A stretch of 64,000 nucleotides of DNA from Candidatus Eiseniibacteriota bacterium. GTDB taxonomy: Bacteria; Eisenbacteria; RBG-16-71-46. The stretch spans positions 64,001 through 128,000 of the forward strand of contig CAVUWA010000003.1 in assembly GCA_963744995.1 (NCBI GenBank). Direction: 5' to 3'. Each line of letters opens with the position of its first letter. Within the stretch, counting starts at the first letter, position 1. The notes under the pieces are model-generated. The model had not been told where the DNA came from. It saw nothing but the letters and a program-made list of their open reading frames with translations, and searched no databases. Below are positions 18,867 to 29,107 of the stretch, piece after piece. A program made the position numbers and the translations under genes.

Positions 18867-21481
18867 TCCATCCTCATCGCTTCGGCGGCGACCCGGGTCG
18901 CGGCGATGCGCGCGGGGCCGATGCCGGCGATCAGCGCCGCGCCCACCATCAGCAGCAGGGTCTGCACGAAGATCCACGGCTCGATCGTCATGCGGATCGT
19001 CCAGCCGAAGAACTGGCGGTGAATGATGTGGACCAGGATCAGCGACAGCACCACGCCGCACGCGCTGCCGAGCAGCGCGCCGGTGAGCCCGATGAGCCCG
19101 CTCTCGACCAGCACCATGCGGCGGATCTGCGCGCGGCGCGCGCCGATCGCGCGCAGCACGCCGATCTCGCGCCCGCGCTGCAGGATCATGGCGGTGAGTG
19201 CGGCGATCACGCCGAGGACCGACACCAGGATCGCGATGATCTGCAGGGCGTAGGTGATCTGGAAGGTCTGGTCGAACACCTTCAGCACGCGCGCGCGCAG
19301 CGTCTGGTTGGGAACGACCTCGAGCAGCACGTCGCCTGCGCGGGCGATCACGGCGTGGCGCACGGAGTCGAGGCTGGCGCCCGGTTCGAGGTAGAGCGCC
19401 AGACTCTCGGTGCGATCGTCGCGCCAGAGCCGCGCGAACAGCCGGCGCGGCATGAGCACGGTGCCGGCATCCGACGTGTAGTCGTAGTAGACGCCTTCGA
19501 CCGGCAGGCGCGCGGGCCCGGACGGCGTCGCGAGCGTGAGCGTATCGCCCGCGTTCACGCGGGCGTGATGATGGAAGCTCTCCGACACGATCACGCCGTC
19601 CGCGCGACGCGCGCGCTCGAGGCTCGCGGGCAGCGAGCCCTGCAGAAAGTGCAGCCGGCCGTAGCGTGCCTGCACCGCGAAGTCGATGCCGGCGACGAAC
19701 GCGATGCGGTCCCCCACCGGCACACGAGTCCCGCGATAGGAATCCACCGCCGCGACCCCGGGCAGCGTGCGGATCGAGTCCACGAGCGCAGGCGGCAGCA
19801 CGGTCGAGCCCAGGTGGAGCCGGTGGCCGACCGGCTCGACGTAGAGATCGCCGCGCACGCTCTGCCCGATCCACACCTCCACGGTGCGGCGAAAACTGCC
19901 GACCATGATCGACAATGCGACCATCATGCCGACCGCGACCATCACCGCGGCGATCACCACGCTCGTGCGCGCCACCGCGTCGCGCAGGTAACGCGCTCCC
20001 AGCAGCGCCTCGATCCCGAGCGTCGCACGCAACGGCCGTGCGAGCAGGGCTTCGAGCCTCAGCGTGAACGCCGGGGTGACGCACGAGAAGGCCCCGAGCG
20101 CGAAGAATGCGGCGACGAAGCCGCCTTCGGGGTGCCGGTCGGTGACGGTCCACCACGACGTCGCCCCGGCCGCCGCGAGCAGCAGCACGCCGAGCCACGC
20201 CCAGCGCACCACCGGCAGCGGCCGCGCCTCGATCAGCGAGCCCTGCCGCATCGTGTGGCCGGGCCGTGTCGAGGCCGCCTCCAGCGCCGGCGCCAGCGCC
20301 GCGAGCAGCGCAACGCCGATCCCGATCGCGAGCCCGAGCAGGTAGGTGGCGAGGTCGGGCTCGAGCCGCGCGGCGTTGCGGATCAGGTAGAGGTCGGACA
20401 GCGTGCGCGAAATCGCACCGAGCGTGACGCGCGCGAACAGCGTGCCGAGCAGCAGCCCGAGCGCACCGCCCACCACCCCGAAGAGCAGACCCTCGACGAG
20501 GAACTGCCGGAGCAGCGCGCCGCGCGTCACGCCGATGCCGCGCAGCATGCCGATCTCGCGGCGTCGCCTCAGCACCGCCATCGCGACCGCGTTGAACACC
20601 AGGAAGCCGGCGACGAATACGGCGATGAACGACAGCGCGGTCAGGTTGAGCGCGAAGGCGCGCACCATGCTCTCGACCTGACGGGTGCGTCCGGCCGGGG
20701 TCTCGACCTTCACCGTGCGCGGCAGGCGCTGGCGCAGGCGCGCCGCCACCGCGTCCACCTGCCGCGGCTCGACGATGAGGTCCACGCGGTCCAGGCGCCC
20801 GACGCGGTGGAACAACGTCTGTGCGACGCCGATGTCGGTGACGATCACGCGCCCGCCGTAGGCCTGCTGGAACGATTCGGACGCCAGGATTTCGCGGACC
20901 CGCAGCACCACCGGCCGCCCCGCCGAGAGCGCGGTGAGCGAATCGCCCGGGGCGAGGTGCGCGCGCGCGGCGAACGACGAGGTGATCGCGACCGCGCGCG
21001 GATCGGCGATGAACGCGAGCGGCGAGGCCGTATCGGACGGCGCCGGCCGGTAGCGACGGAACGGTCCTTCGGAGAGCACGTCGAGTCCGAGCAGCAGCAG
21101 CGTCTCGTCGTAACCCGCGCGGCGGTCCACGTCGGCCGGACCCGGCGCGGCGGACGTCGGCCGTGCGCGCGGCGCCGGGCCGCCCGCGCGCGCGGCGACG
21201 TATTGCTCGATCACGGGTGCGGCGGCGATCACGCCGGGCGTGTCGCGTGCGATCAGATACGCGCTCTCGTCGAAGCCGTCGGTGTCGGCCGTGATCTGCA
21301 GGTTGGCGGTTCCGGCCACGGCATCCACGGTGTCGGAAAACGAGGCCAGCGCCGAGGTGCTGGCGAGGCGGATGCTCACGAACATGCCGACCCCGAGCGC
21401 GACTCCGAGCAGCGTGAGCACCGTGCGCGGCGCCTCGCCCAGAAGGTGGCGCAGCGTGACCCAGCGGTAGAGCGGATTCAT
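18863..21481 (-). CDS. ABC transporter permease, duplicated FtsX/MacB type (AttF/G-like)
   Basis: Two MacB-PCD+FtsX halves; RRREIGMLRGIG and RGREIGVLRAIGA. Confidence 0.93.
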   Translation of the reverse strand: MNPLYRWVTLRHLLGEAPRTVLTLLGVALGVGMFVSIRLASTSALASFSDTVDAVAGTANLQITADTDGFDESAYLIARDTPGVIAAAPVIEQYVAARAGGPAPRARPTSAAPGPADVDRRAGYDETLLLLGLDVLSEGPFRRYRPAPSDTASPLAFIADPRAVAITSSFAARAHLAPGDSLTALSAGRPVVLRVREILASESFQQAYGGRVIVTDIGVAQTLFHRVGRLDRVDLIVEPRQVDAVAARLRQRLPRTVKVETPAGRTRQVESMVRAFALNLTALSFIAVFVAGFLVFNAVAMAVLRRRREIGMLRGIGVTRGALLRQFLVEGLLFGVVGGALGLLLGTLFARVTLGAISRTLSDLYLIRNAARLEPDLATYLLGLAIGIGVALLAALAPALEAASTRPGHTMRQGSLIEARPLPVVRWAWLGVLLLAAAGATSWWTVTDRHPEGGFVAAFFALGAFSCVTPAFTLRLEALLARPLRATLGIEALLGARYLRDAVARTSVVIAAVMVAVGMMVALSIMVGSFRRTVEVWIGQSVRGDLYVEPVGHRLHLGSTVLPPALVDSIRTLPGVAAVDSYRGTRVPVGDRIAFVAGIDFAVQARYGRLHFLQGSLPASLERARRADGVIVSESFHHHARVNAGDTLTLATPSGPARLPVEGVYYDYTSDAGTVLMPRRLFARLWRDDRTESLALYLEPGASLDSVRHAVIARAGDVLLEVVPNQTLRARVLKVFDQTFQITYALQIIAILVSVLGVIAALTAMILQRGREIGVLRAIGARRAQIRRMVLVESGLIGLTGALLGSACGVVLSLILVHIIHRQFFGWTIRMTIEPWIFVQTLLLMVGAALIAGIGPARIAATRVAAEAMRME

Positions 21482-21524
21482 GCCCGCGCGTCCGTCATGC
21501 GGCGCGGGCGCCGGGGCGTGGGGC

Positions 21525-22268
21525 TCATGTCGGGCGGCGATCGTCGACGACGCGGCCGTCGCGCATCTCGACGACGCGCGCGGCGGTCGCCGCGGCTTCG
21601 AGACTGTGGGTGACCAGCACGACCGTGGTGCCGTGCGCGCGGCCGAGACGCGCGAGCAGGTCCAGTACCTGGTGCGCGGTACGCGAGTCGAGATTGCCGG
21701 TGGGCTCGTCGGCCAGCACCAGCGGCGGCTCGTGGATCAGCGCGCGCGCGATCGCGGTACGCTGCATCTCGCCGCCCGACAGGGTGTGCGGCCGCGCGTG
21801 CGCCCGCTGCGCCAGTCCGACCTCCTCGAGCAGCACGCCGGCGCGCGCCATCACCTCCGGCGCGTCGTGCCCGGCCAGCAGCGCGGGCAGCGCGACGTTT
21901 TCCAGCACCGACATCGTCGGCAGCAGATTGAAGAACTGGTAGATCATACCTACCCGGTCACGCCTGAGGATCGTGAGCGCGTCGTCGTCGAGTTCGGACA
22001 GCGTCTGGCCGGCGACCCGGACCTCGCCCGCGGTCGGCGAGTCGATGCCGGCGGCAAGATTGAGCAGCGTGCTCTTCCCGGAGCCGCTCGGCCCGACGAC
22101 CGCCACCGACTCGCCCGCGGCGATCTCGAGCGACAGCCGGTCGAGCGCGTGCACGGTCTGCGTGCCGTCGTGGAACGAACGCGTGACGTTCGTGAAGCGC
22201 AGTGCAGCCGCTGCGCCGGGGCCGGCCGGCGCACGGCGCGCATCGCCGGCGGTTCGCGCCGCGCTCAT
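21525..22268 (-). CDS. ABC transporter ATP-binding protein, LolD/MacB type
   Basis: GPSGSGKS, LSGGEMQR, LADEPTGNLD, VTH. Confidence 0.95.
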   Translation of the reverse strand: MSAARTAGDARRAPAGPGAAAALRFTNVTRSFHDGTQTVHALDRLSLEIAAGESVAVVGPSGSGKSTLLNLAAGIDSPTAGEVRVAGQTLSELDDDALTILRRDRVGMIYQFFNLLPTMSVLENVALPALLAGHDAPEVMARAGVLLEEVGLAQRAHARPHTLSGGEMQRTAIARALIHEPPLVLADEPTGNLDSRTAHQVLDLLARLGRAHGTTVVLVTHSLEAAATAARVVEMRDGRVVDDRRPT

Positions 22269-23158
22269 CCGTGCCCCCTTCCCAGGGCCCGCTCGAGCGC
22301 CGCCTCGAGCGACGGCGTCTCGCAGGCGAAGCCGTCCGCCTGCGCGCGCGCCGGCACGACACGCTGGCTCGCGAGCAACGTCTGGTCCGCCATTTCGCGT
22401 CCGAGCATCAGCCGGAGCGCCCACGCCGGCACGGCGAGGAAGGCCGGCCGCCCGACGGCGTCCGCCAGTGCCCGCGTGAAGCCGGTGTTCGTCACCGACG
22501 CGGGCGCCGTGCCGTTCACCGCCCCGCGCAGCGTGTCCGAGAGGATCGCATGCGTGTAGAGGCGCGCCACGTCGTCGAGCCCGATCCACGCCAGCCATTG
22601 ATCGCCGCGGCCGAGCCGTGCGCCGAGCCCGAGCGAGAACGGCAGCCTGAGCCGCGAGGTCAGGCTCTCGAGCACCACGCCGGCGCGCACCGCGACCGTG
22701 CGGATCCCCGCCGCGGCCGCGGGGGCACTCGCCCCCTCCCATGCTTCACACAGATCCGCGAGGAAACCGTCCCCGCGCGCGGCGCTCTCCACCAGCACGT
22801 GGTCGCCGCGCGAGCCGTAATAGCCGACCGCGGAGGCGGTGACGTAGACGCGCGGCGGCCGGTCCATGCCCGCGACGGCCTCGGCGAGCCGCGTGCCGGT
22901 GTCCACACGACTCGACCACATCTCGCGCTTTGCGCCCGCGCTCCAGCGCCCACCCGCCAGACTCTTCCCGGCGAGGTGCACGATCGCGCCGGCGCCTTCC
23001 AGGGCGCGTGGGTCCAGCGCTCCGCCCCGCGGCTCCCAGGTGATCCAGCCCGGCCGCCTCCCGCGCGTGATGCCGACGACCTCGTGCCCCAGAGCGGCGA
23101 GCCGGCGCGAGAGCGCCCGCCCGATCATTCCGCTCGCGCCGCTGATGACGACGCGCAC
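22265..23158 (-). CDS. TIGR01777 (YfcH-like) NAD-dependent epimerase family
   Basis: ISGASGMIG, HLAG, SRVDT, ASAVGYYG, FLADLCEAWE, SQRVVP. Confidence 0.92.
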   Translation of the reverse strand: MRVVISGASGMIGRALSRRLAALGHEVVGITRGRRPGWITWEPRGGALDPRALEGAGAIVHLAGKSLAGGRWSAGAKREMWSSRVDTGTRLAEAVAGMDRPPRVYVTASAVGYYGSRGDHVLVESAARGDGFLADLCEAWEGASAPAAAAGIRTVAVRAGVVLESLTSRLRLPFSLGLGARLGRGDQWLAWIGLDDVARLYTHAILSDTLRGAVNGTAPASVTNTGFTRALADAVGRPAFLAVPAWALRLMLGREMADQTLLASQRVVPARAQADGFACETPSLEAALERALGRGHG

Positions 23159-23159
23159 G

Positions 23160-24668
23160 TCAGCCCCCGCGCCCCGGTGCACGCGCCGGCGACGCCGCAT
23201 GCGCTGCCGCCGCGGACGTGCGCGCGGCCTCCTCTTTCGCGCGCGCCGCGATCCGCCGCAGCATCCCGGCGAAGATCAGCACGTGGGCCGGGTAGAGCAC
23301 GTACCAGTAGAGACGCCCGGTGAGCCCGAGGGGATCGAACACGGCGCTCTGATGGATGCGGCTGCCGCCGTCGATCGGTTCGACCTCGAACTCGAGCCAT
23401 GCGCGACCCGGCAGCTTCATCTCGGCCTGGAGGCGCACGCGCCGCCCCGGCTCCCAGGATTCGACGCGCCAGAAGTCCACCGGATCGCCCGCCGCGAGCG
23501 TCTCGGCGTGCGGGCGGCCGCGACGGAATCCGACGCCGCCCAGCAGCAGGTCGAGCGCCGCGCGGCAACGCCAGAGGAAATCGGCGTAGTACCAGCCGGT
23601 GCGCCCGCCGATGCGACGGATCGGCGCGAAGGCCGCGTCCGGCGGCACCGGCACCTCGATGGTCCGCACATCCGCGACGCGCGCACCGTACCGCGCGCCG
23701 CCCCGCCGCACGGCGGGCCCGGCCGACGACACCGCGCTCGACCAGCGCGTCGCCGCCGCATCGCGATCCTCCTCGTCGAGCGCCGCTGCGATCGCCCGGG
23801 CGACGCCCATCGGCCGCACGTCGAAGACGGTGAGGGCGGCCTGGTCACGCACGTAGGTCGCGTTGCGGAGCCCGTCCACCAGCTTGCGGCCGATCCGGGC
23901 GAACACCGGCGTCACCAGGCCGAGCCAGAGCGCCGAGAGCCGCGGCGTCAGCATCGGCACCGGAATCATCCAGCGCCGGAGCCCGCGCTGGCGCGCGTAC
24001 TCGCGCATGAGCCCCTGGTAGGAGACCCGGTCGGCGCCGCCGATCTCGTAGACGGCCGAAACTCCGGCGGGCCGGTCGAGCGCCCGGGTCAGGTAGGCGA
24101 GCACATCCTCGATCGCAATCGGCTGCGCGAGCGTGCGCACCCAGCGCGGGATCACCATGACGGGCAGCCGCTCGACCAGCGCGCGAACCATTTCGAACGA
24201 CAGGCTGCCGGCACCGATCACGATCGAGGCGCGCAGCTCGATCACCTCGGCGCCCGACTCGCGCAGCAGCGCCCCGACTTCCTGCCGGCTCTTCAGGTGC
24301 GCCGACAGCGCGCCCTCCGGATCGCCCAGACCGCCGAGATAGATGATGCGCCGGACCCCGGCGCGGCGCGCGGCGGCGGCGAACGCGGCGGCCCCCTCGC
24401 GGTCGAGCGCCTCGAAGGTGCGCGAATCGCCCATCGAGTGGATCAGGTAGAAGGCGCTCCACACCCCGGCGAGCGCGGGATCGAGGGTCTCCGGGCGCAG
24501 CACGTCGCCTTCGATCACTTCGACGTCCGGCGGCACCCGTGAGCGGAGGTACCCGGGCCGCCGTGCCATCGCCCGCACCGGCCGGCCGGCTTCGGCCAGA
24601 CGCCGGAGCAGCCGGCCACCGACGTAACCGGTGGCGCCGGTCACCAGGATCGGGCCCTCAGGCCGCAT
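23160..24668 (-). CDS. YbjT-like SDR oxidoreductase with C-terminal DUF2867
   Basis: VTGATGYVG, FYLIHSM, SAHLKSRQEVG, IGG..GWY, DFWRVE, AEMKLPGRAWL. Confidence 0.92.
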   Translation of the reverse strand: MRPEGPILVTGATGYVGGRLLRRLAEAGRPVRAMARRPGYLRSRVPPDVEVIEGDVLRPETLDPALAGVWSAFYLIHSMGDSRTFEALDREGAAAFAAAARRAGVRRIIYLGGLGDPEGALSAHLKSRQEVGALLRESGAEVIELRASIVIGAGSLSFEMVRALVERLPVMVIPRWVRTLAQPIAIEDVLAYLTRALDRPAGVSAVYEIGGADRVSYQGLMREYARQRGLRRWMIPVPMLTPRLSALWLGLVTPVFARIGRKLVDGLRNATYVRDQAALTVFDVRPMGVARAIAAALDEEDRDAAATRWSSAVSSAGPAVRRGGARYGARVADVRTIEVPVPPDAAFAPIRRIGGRTGWYYADFLWRCRAALDLLLGGVGFRRGRPHAETLAAGDPVDFWRVESWEPGRRVRLQAEMKLPGRAWLEFEVEPIDGGSRIHQSAVFDPLGLTGRLYWYVLYPAHVLIFAGMLRRIAARAKEEAARTSAAAAHAASPARAPGRGG

Positions 24669-24811
24669 GCAGGGTATCGAGTCGTTCACCGGGTTTTGGA
24701 TGCGGAGCGCCGCGCGCAACGCCGACATGCAGGGTTCACCGGCTCCGCGACACGGAAGCGGGCACGGTCCCGCCGAAAACCGCGCCCTGCATCCAAATGC
24801 AGCCTAACCGT

Positions 24812-25579
24812 TTAGGGCATTGACTTTCGTTCGGGCATGAAGGCCTTCAGCATGTCCACCGGCACCGGGAAAATGGTCGTGGAGTTGTTCTCGGCCGCGA
24901 TTTCCGAAAGGGTCTGCAGGTAGCGCAGCTGGATCGCCACGGGCTCGCGGCCGATCACGGCGGCCGCTTCGGCCAGCCGCGCCGCGGCCTGGTACTCGCC
25001 CTCGGCATTGATCACCTTGGCGCGACGATGGCGCTCGGCCTCCGCCTGGCGTGCGATCGCACGCTGCATCTCCTGCGGCAGGTCGACGTTCTTGACCTCG
25101 ACCGTGGACACCTTCACGCCCCACGGCTCGGTCTGCCGGTCGATCACCTGCTGCAGCGCCTGGTTCTGCTTCTCGCGCTCGGCGAGCAGTTCGTCGAGCT
25201 CGGCCTGGCCGAGGATCGAGCGCAACGTCGTCTGGGCGATCTGGCTCGTCGCATACAGGTAGTTCTCGACGTTGATGACCGCCGCCTGCGAGCTCATGAC
25301 GCGGAAGTAGATCACCGCGTTCACCTTCACCGTCACGTTGTCGCGGGTGATGATGTCCTGCGGCGGCACGTCCATCGCGACGACCCGCAGGCCGACCTTC
25401 ACCGCGCGGTCGATGAACGGGATCAGGATCACCAGTCCGGGGCCGCGCTCGCCGACCAGACGGCCGAGCCGGAAGACCACGAGCCGCTCGTATTCGCGCA
25501 CCACCCGGATCGCGTTGGCCAGCGCCGCCACGACGATGAAGATCAGGAAGATGCCCAGCGACGACAGGAACGGAATCAT
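24812..25579 (-). CDS. SPFH/stomatin (slipin) family membrane protein
   Basis: [59 protein letters not shown]. Confidence 0.95.
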   Translation of the reverse strand: MIPFLSSLGIFLIFIVVAALANAIRVVREYERLVVFRLGRLVGERGPGLVILIPFIDRAVKVGLRVVAMDVPPQDIITRDNVTVKVNAVIYFRVMSSQAAVINVENYLYATSQIAQTTLRSILGQAELDELLAEREKQNQALQQVIDRQTEPWGVKVSTVEVKNVDLPQEMQRAIARQAEAERHRRAKVINAEGEYQAAARLAEAAAVIGREPVAIQLRYLQTLSEIAAENNSTTIFPVPVDMLKAFMPERKSMP

Positions 25580-26904
25580 GCCTGTGCCTCCTTGGCGAGG
25601 GGGCGCACCCGCAGCGTGAGCTGCTCGACCCCCGTGATTTCGACTTCGGTTCCGACATCGGCGCCGCCGTCCGCGACGGCGCTCCACAATTCGTCACCCA
25701 CGCGGACGGTGCCGCGCGGCTGCAGCGGCTGGACCACCACCGCGCGCATGCCCACCATGCCCTGGTCGCCGGTGACGACCTTGCGGCTGCGCGCCCGGAG
25801 GGCCGCACCCGCAATGAACATGAAGAACGCCGCCGTGGCGACCGTGCCGCCAGCGATCACGGACCAGGAGAGTCGCACACCTTCCCCCTGAAACAGAATC
25901 AACGACCCCAGCGCCACCGAGAGGATGCCGCCCGCAGCCAGCAGGCCGTGGCTCGCGACTTTGATCTCGGCGAGGAAGAACACGATTCCCAGCGCGATCA
26001 GCGCGATGCCGGCGAAGTTCACCGGCAGTGCCGACAACGCGAGGAATGCGAGGATGATGCAGATCCCGCCGACGATACCCGGCAGGATCGCACCGGGATT
26101 CTGCAGCTCGAACAGCAGGCCGTAGAAGCCCATCATCAGCAGGATGTAGGCGATGTTCGGATCGGCGAGCACGCCGAGCACTTTCTGACGGAAGCTCGGC
26201 TCCGACCGGTCCACGGGCAATCCCGCCACCTTCAGCGTGTGCGTGTCCGCGCCGCGGTGCCAGGCGCGCCCGTCGGCCTTCTCGAGCAGCTCCTGCCGCG
26301 TGCCGGCGATGAAGTCCACGACGTGGAGATCCACCGCCTCGGTCTCGCTCGCCGAAACCGCCTCGCGCACCGCGCGCTCGGCCCATACCGCGTTGCGGCC
26401 GCGCTGCGCCGCGATCGTGCGCGCGAAGGCGGAGGCGTCGTTGGTCGCCTTGCGCGCCAGCGTGCTGTCCATCGGGCCCTGCATGTTGATCGGCGTCGCG
26501 GCGCCGATGTTGGTGCCGGGCGCCATCGCGGCGACGTCGGCCGCAATCGTCACGAACACACCTGCCGATGCGGCCCGCGCGCCCGAAGGACTGACCCAGG
26601 TGATCACCGGCACCTTCGAGGCGAGGATCCGCTTCACCATCTCGCGCATGCTGGTCTCGAGGCCGCCCGGCGTGTCGATCTCGACCACGATGGCCGCATA
26701 GTCTTCCTTCTCGGCGCGCGTGATCGCGTGGTCCAGGACCTCGGCCATCACCGGCGTCACCGCGCCCTCCAGCCGCACGTCGAGCACGCGCCCGGCGCCC
26801 TGGCGCGCTGCGGCGAGCGACGTCGACGCCGGCACGACGAGGGCGAGCGTGAGCAGGGCGAAGGCGAGCCCGAGTCCGCGGGGAATCCCGCGCCGCGACC
26901 TCAT
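25576..26904 (-). CDS. nfeD: NfeD membrane-bound serine protease (ClpP-like + TM + OB)
   Basis: [30 protein letters not shown]; coupled to the SPFH gene. Confidence 0.93.
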   Translation of the reverse strand: MRSRRGIPRGLGLAFALLTLALVVPASTSLAAARQGAGRVLDVRLEGAVTPVMAEVLDHAITRAEKEDYAAIVVEIDTPGGLETSMREMVKRILASKVPVITWVSPSGARAASAGVFVTIAADVAAMAPGTNIGAATPINMQGPMDSTLARKATNDASAFARTIAAQRGRNAVWAERAVREAVSASETEAVDLHVVDFIAGTRQELLEKADGRAWHRGADTHTLKVAGLPVDRSEPSFRQKVLGVLADPNIAYILLMMGFYGLLFELQNPGAILPGIVGGICIILAFLALSALPVNFAGIALIALGIVFFLAEIKVASHGLLAAGGILSVALGSLILFQGEGVRLSWSVIAGGTVATAAFFMFIAGAALRARSRKVVTGDQGMVGMRAVVVQPLQPRGTVRVGDELWSAVADGGADVGTEVEITGVEQLTLRVRPLAKEAQA

Positions 26905-28130
26905 GCCGGGGCCCCTTCGGGCCGGCCGGCGCGGCGCGCAAGCGCCGCGCGCCAGGCCTCGAGATACTGCAGGCCGCTGCCGGTGTTGAAGATCACCACG
27001 CGCGCGCCGGCCGGCACCTCGCCGCTCGCGCGCAGCCGCCGGAGTGCGGCCAGCGTCGCGCCGCCCTCGGGGCAGGCGAAGCAGCCCTCGCCCGTGGCGA
27101 GATCGTTCATGCCGTCGAGCATGTCATCGTCGGTGACGGCAACCGCCGCGCCCCGGGTGTCGCGGATCGCACCGAGAATCAGACGGTCGGCGAACGCCAC
27201 CGGCACGCGCAGCCCGCTGGCGATCGTGTGCGGGTCCTCCCACGCCGTTGCGTCCATCCGTCCCTCCTCGTGGGCGCGCACGACGGGGGCGCAACCCGAG
27301 GCCTGCACCGAGACCAGCTTCGGCAGCGGCCCCTCGACCCAGCCAAGCTCGCGCATTTCCTCGAACGCCTTCCACATCCCGACCAGCCCCGTGCCGCCGC
27401 CGGTAGGATAGAAGATCCACTCGGGCAGCCGCCAACCCGACTGCTCGGCGATCTCGTAGCCGAGCGTCTTCTTGCCTTCGAGCCGGAACGGCTCCTTGAA
27501 CGTGGCGACGCTCCACCAGTCCGGCGCGGGCGCCCACGTCGCCACCGTGCGGCCGGCATCGAAGATCGTGCCGTCCACGAGCCGCACTTCCGCGCCCAGC
27601 GCACGCGCCTCGAGCACGAACGGCTCCGGCGTGTCCGCCGGGACCGCGAGCCGGCACGCGAGCCCGGCCGCCGCCGCGTAGGCCGCCGCCGCGGCGCCGG
27701 CGTTGCCCGCCGACGGCAGCGCGATGCGCCCGACGCCGAACGCCAGCGCGCCGTTCACCGCCAGTGCGAGGCCGCGCGCCTTGAACGATTGCGTCGGGTT
27801 GCCGGCCTCTTCCTTGATCCACAGCTCGCCGAGGTCCAGCTCGTCACCGAGGCGCGGCAACGGCAGCAGCGGCGTGCCGCCCTCGCCGAGCCGCACCGGC
27901 GCGAAGTCCGCCGCGAACGGCAGCACCGCGCGGTAGCGCCACAGATCGGTGCCATGGCGGCCGAGCGCCTCGCGCGGGAACGCGACGCGGATCGCCGCCA
28001 GGTCGTAGACGGCGGTGAGCGGCTTGCCGCACGCCTCGCACACCGAGCGCGGCGCGCCGCGGTCGTGCTCGCGGCCGCAGACCGAGCAGCGCCAGCCCTG
28101 GAGCGCGGGGTGGAACGCCGCAGGCTGCAT
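26901..28130 (-). CDS. thrC: Threonine synthase (PLP-dependent)
   Basis: LWRYR, LGEGGTPL, NPTQSFKARG, SAGNAG, EPFRLEGKKT, YPTGGGTG, FNTGSG. Confidence 0.88.
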   Translation of the reverse strand: MQPAAFHPALQGWRCSVCGREHDRGAPRSVCEACGKPLTAVYDLAAIRVAFPREALGRHGTDLWRYRAVLPFAADFAPVRLGEGGTPLLPLPRLGDELDLGELWIKEEAGNPTQSFKARGLALAVNGALAFGVGRIALPSAGNAGAAAAAYAAAAGLACRLAVPADTPEPFVLEARALGAEVRLVDGTIFDAGRTVATWAPAPDWWSVATFKEPFRLEGKKTLGYEIAEQSGWRLPEWIFYPTGGGTGLVGMWKAFEEMRELGWVEGPLPKLVSVQASGCAPVVRAHEEGRMDATAWEDPHTIASGLRVPVAFADRLILGAIRDTRGAAVAVTDDDMLDGMNDLATGEGCFACPEGGATLAALRRLRASGEVPAGARVVIFNTGSGLQYLEAWRAALARRAGRPEGAPA

Positions 28131-29053
28131 CAGTACGCGCCTCCCTCCATCCGGATCTCCTCACGCAGCTTGCGGAACGATTCGTAGCGCAGCCGCGAGA
28201 TGGCGCCGGCCTCCACCGCCTCGACGACCGCGCAACCGGGTTCGCGCTCGTGGCGGCAGTCCGAGAACCGGCAGTGCCCGAGGTAGCGCTCGAACTCACG
28301 ATACGCCCGTTCGAGATGGTCGGCATCGATGCCCCAGAGCCCGAACGCGCGCACGCCCGGCGTGTCGATCAGCTCGAAGTCCGGCGCGGGCCGCACCAGC
28401 CACGCGGCGGTGGTCGTGTGCCGCCCCTTCCCGGTCCTGGGGTTCACGCGACCGGCGAGCAGCTCCAGCCCGGGCACCATCGCGTTCAACAGACTGCTCT
28501 TCCCGACCCCTGAATGTCCAACGAACAGGCTCCGGCGTCCGACGCAGGCGGCGCGCAGCCGGTCGACCCCGGCGCCGCTGTGGGCGCTCACGACATACCC
28601 CGGCACGCCGGCCGGCGCGTAGCCGGCAAGGATCGCCTCCGCCTCCGCCGCGGTGCCCAGGTCGGCCTTGTTCACCGCGAGCAGCGCCGGCAGGCGGTCG
28701 TGATGGGCCTGGCCGATCACGCGGTCGGCGAAGCCGGGCTTGAACGGCGGATCCTCCACCGAGGCGACCAGCACGACCTGGTCGACGTTGGCCGCGACCA
28801 CCTGTTCCATCGGTCGCTGCCCCGCCGCGCGGCGCGAGAACGCGTTCCGCCGCGGCTCGACCGCCATGATCACGAGGCGGTCCGAGGAGGTCTCCGCGCG
28901 CACGCGATCGCCGACCACCACCGTGTTGCCGAGCGACTTGTTGCGGCCGCGCAGCGCACCGCGCACCGTGGCGTCGGCGAGCGCGCCGTCGTCCATGAGC
29001 AGGGTGCAGCCGCCGAAGTCCACCCGCGCGACGGTCGCGACCGCGCTAGACAT
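28130..29053 (-). CDS. rsgA: Ribosome small subunit-dependent GTPase RsgA
   Basis: NKAD, GHSGVGKSSLLN, GRHTTT, DTPG, zinc knuckle CRFSDCRHEREPGC. Confidence 0.95.
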   Translation of the reverse strand: MSSAVATVARVDFGGCTLLMDDGALADATVRGALRGRNKSLGNTVVVGDRVRAETSSDRLVIMAVEPRRNAFSRRAAGQRPMEQVVAANVDQVVLVASVEDPPFKPGFADRVIGQAHHDRLPALLAVNKADLGTAAEAEAILAGYAPAGVPGYVVSAHSGAGVDRLRAACVGRRSLFVGHSGVGKSSLLNAMVPGLELLAGRVNPRTGKGRHTTTAAWLVRPAPDFELIDTPGVRAFGLWGIDADHLERAYREFERYLGHCRFSDCRHEREPGCAVVEAVEAGAISRLRYESFRKLREEIRMEGGAY

Positions 29054-29107
29054 GGGTGGGCGCGACGGCGCGCGACCGGGTCGCGCGAGGCGACGCCGCG
29101 ACGGGGA

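Noticed and set aside
18695..21613. 972-aa plus-strand ORF, and similar long Arg/Ala/Pro-rich ORFs such as 4886-7747, 2403-4541 and 28514-30562
   Set aside because: They are antisense or off-frame shadows of clearly identified genes; stop codons are scarce at this GC content.
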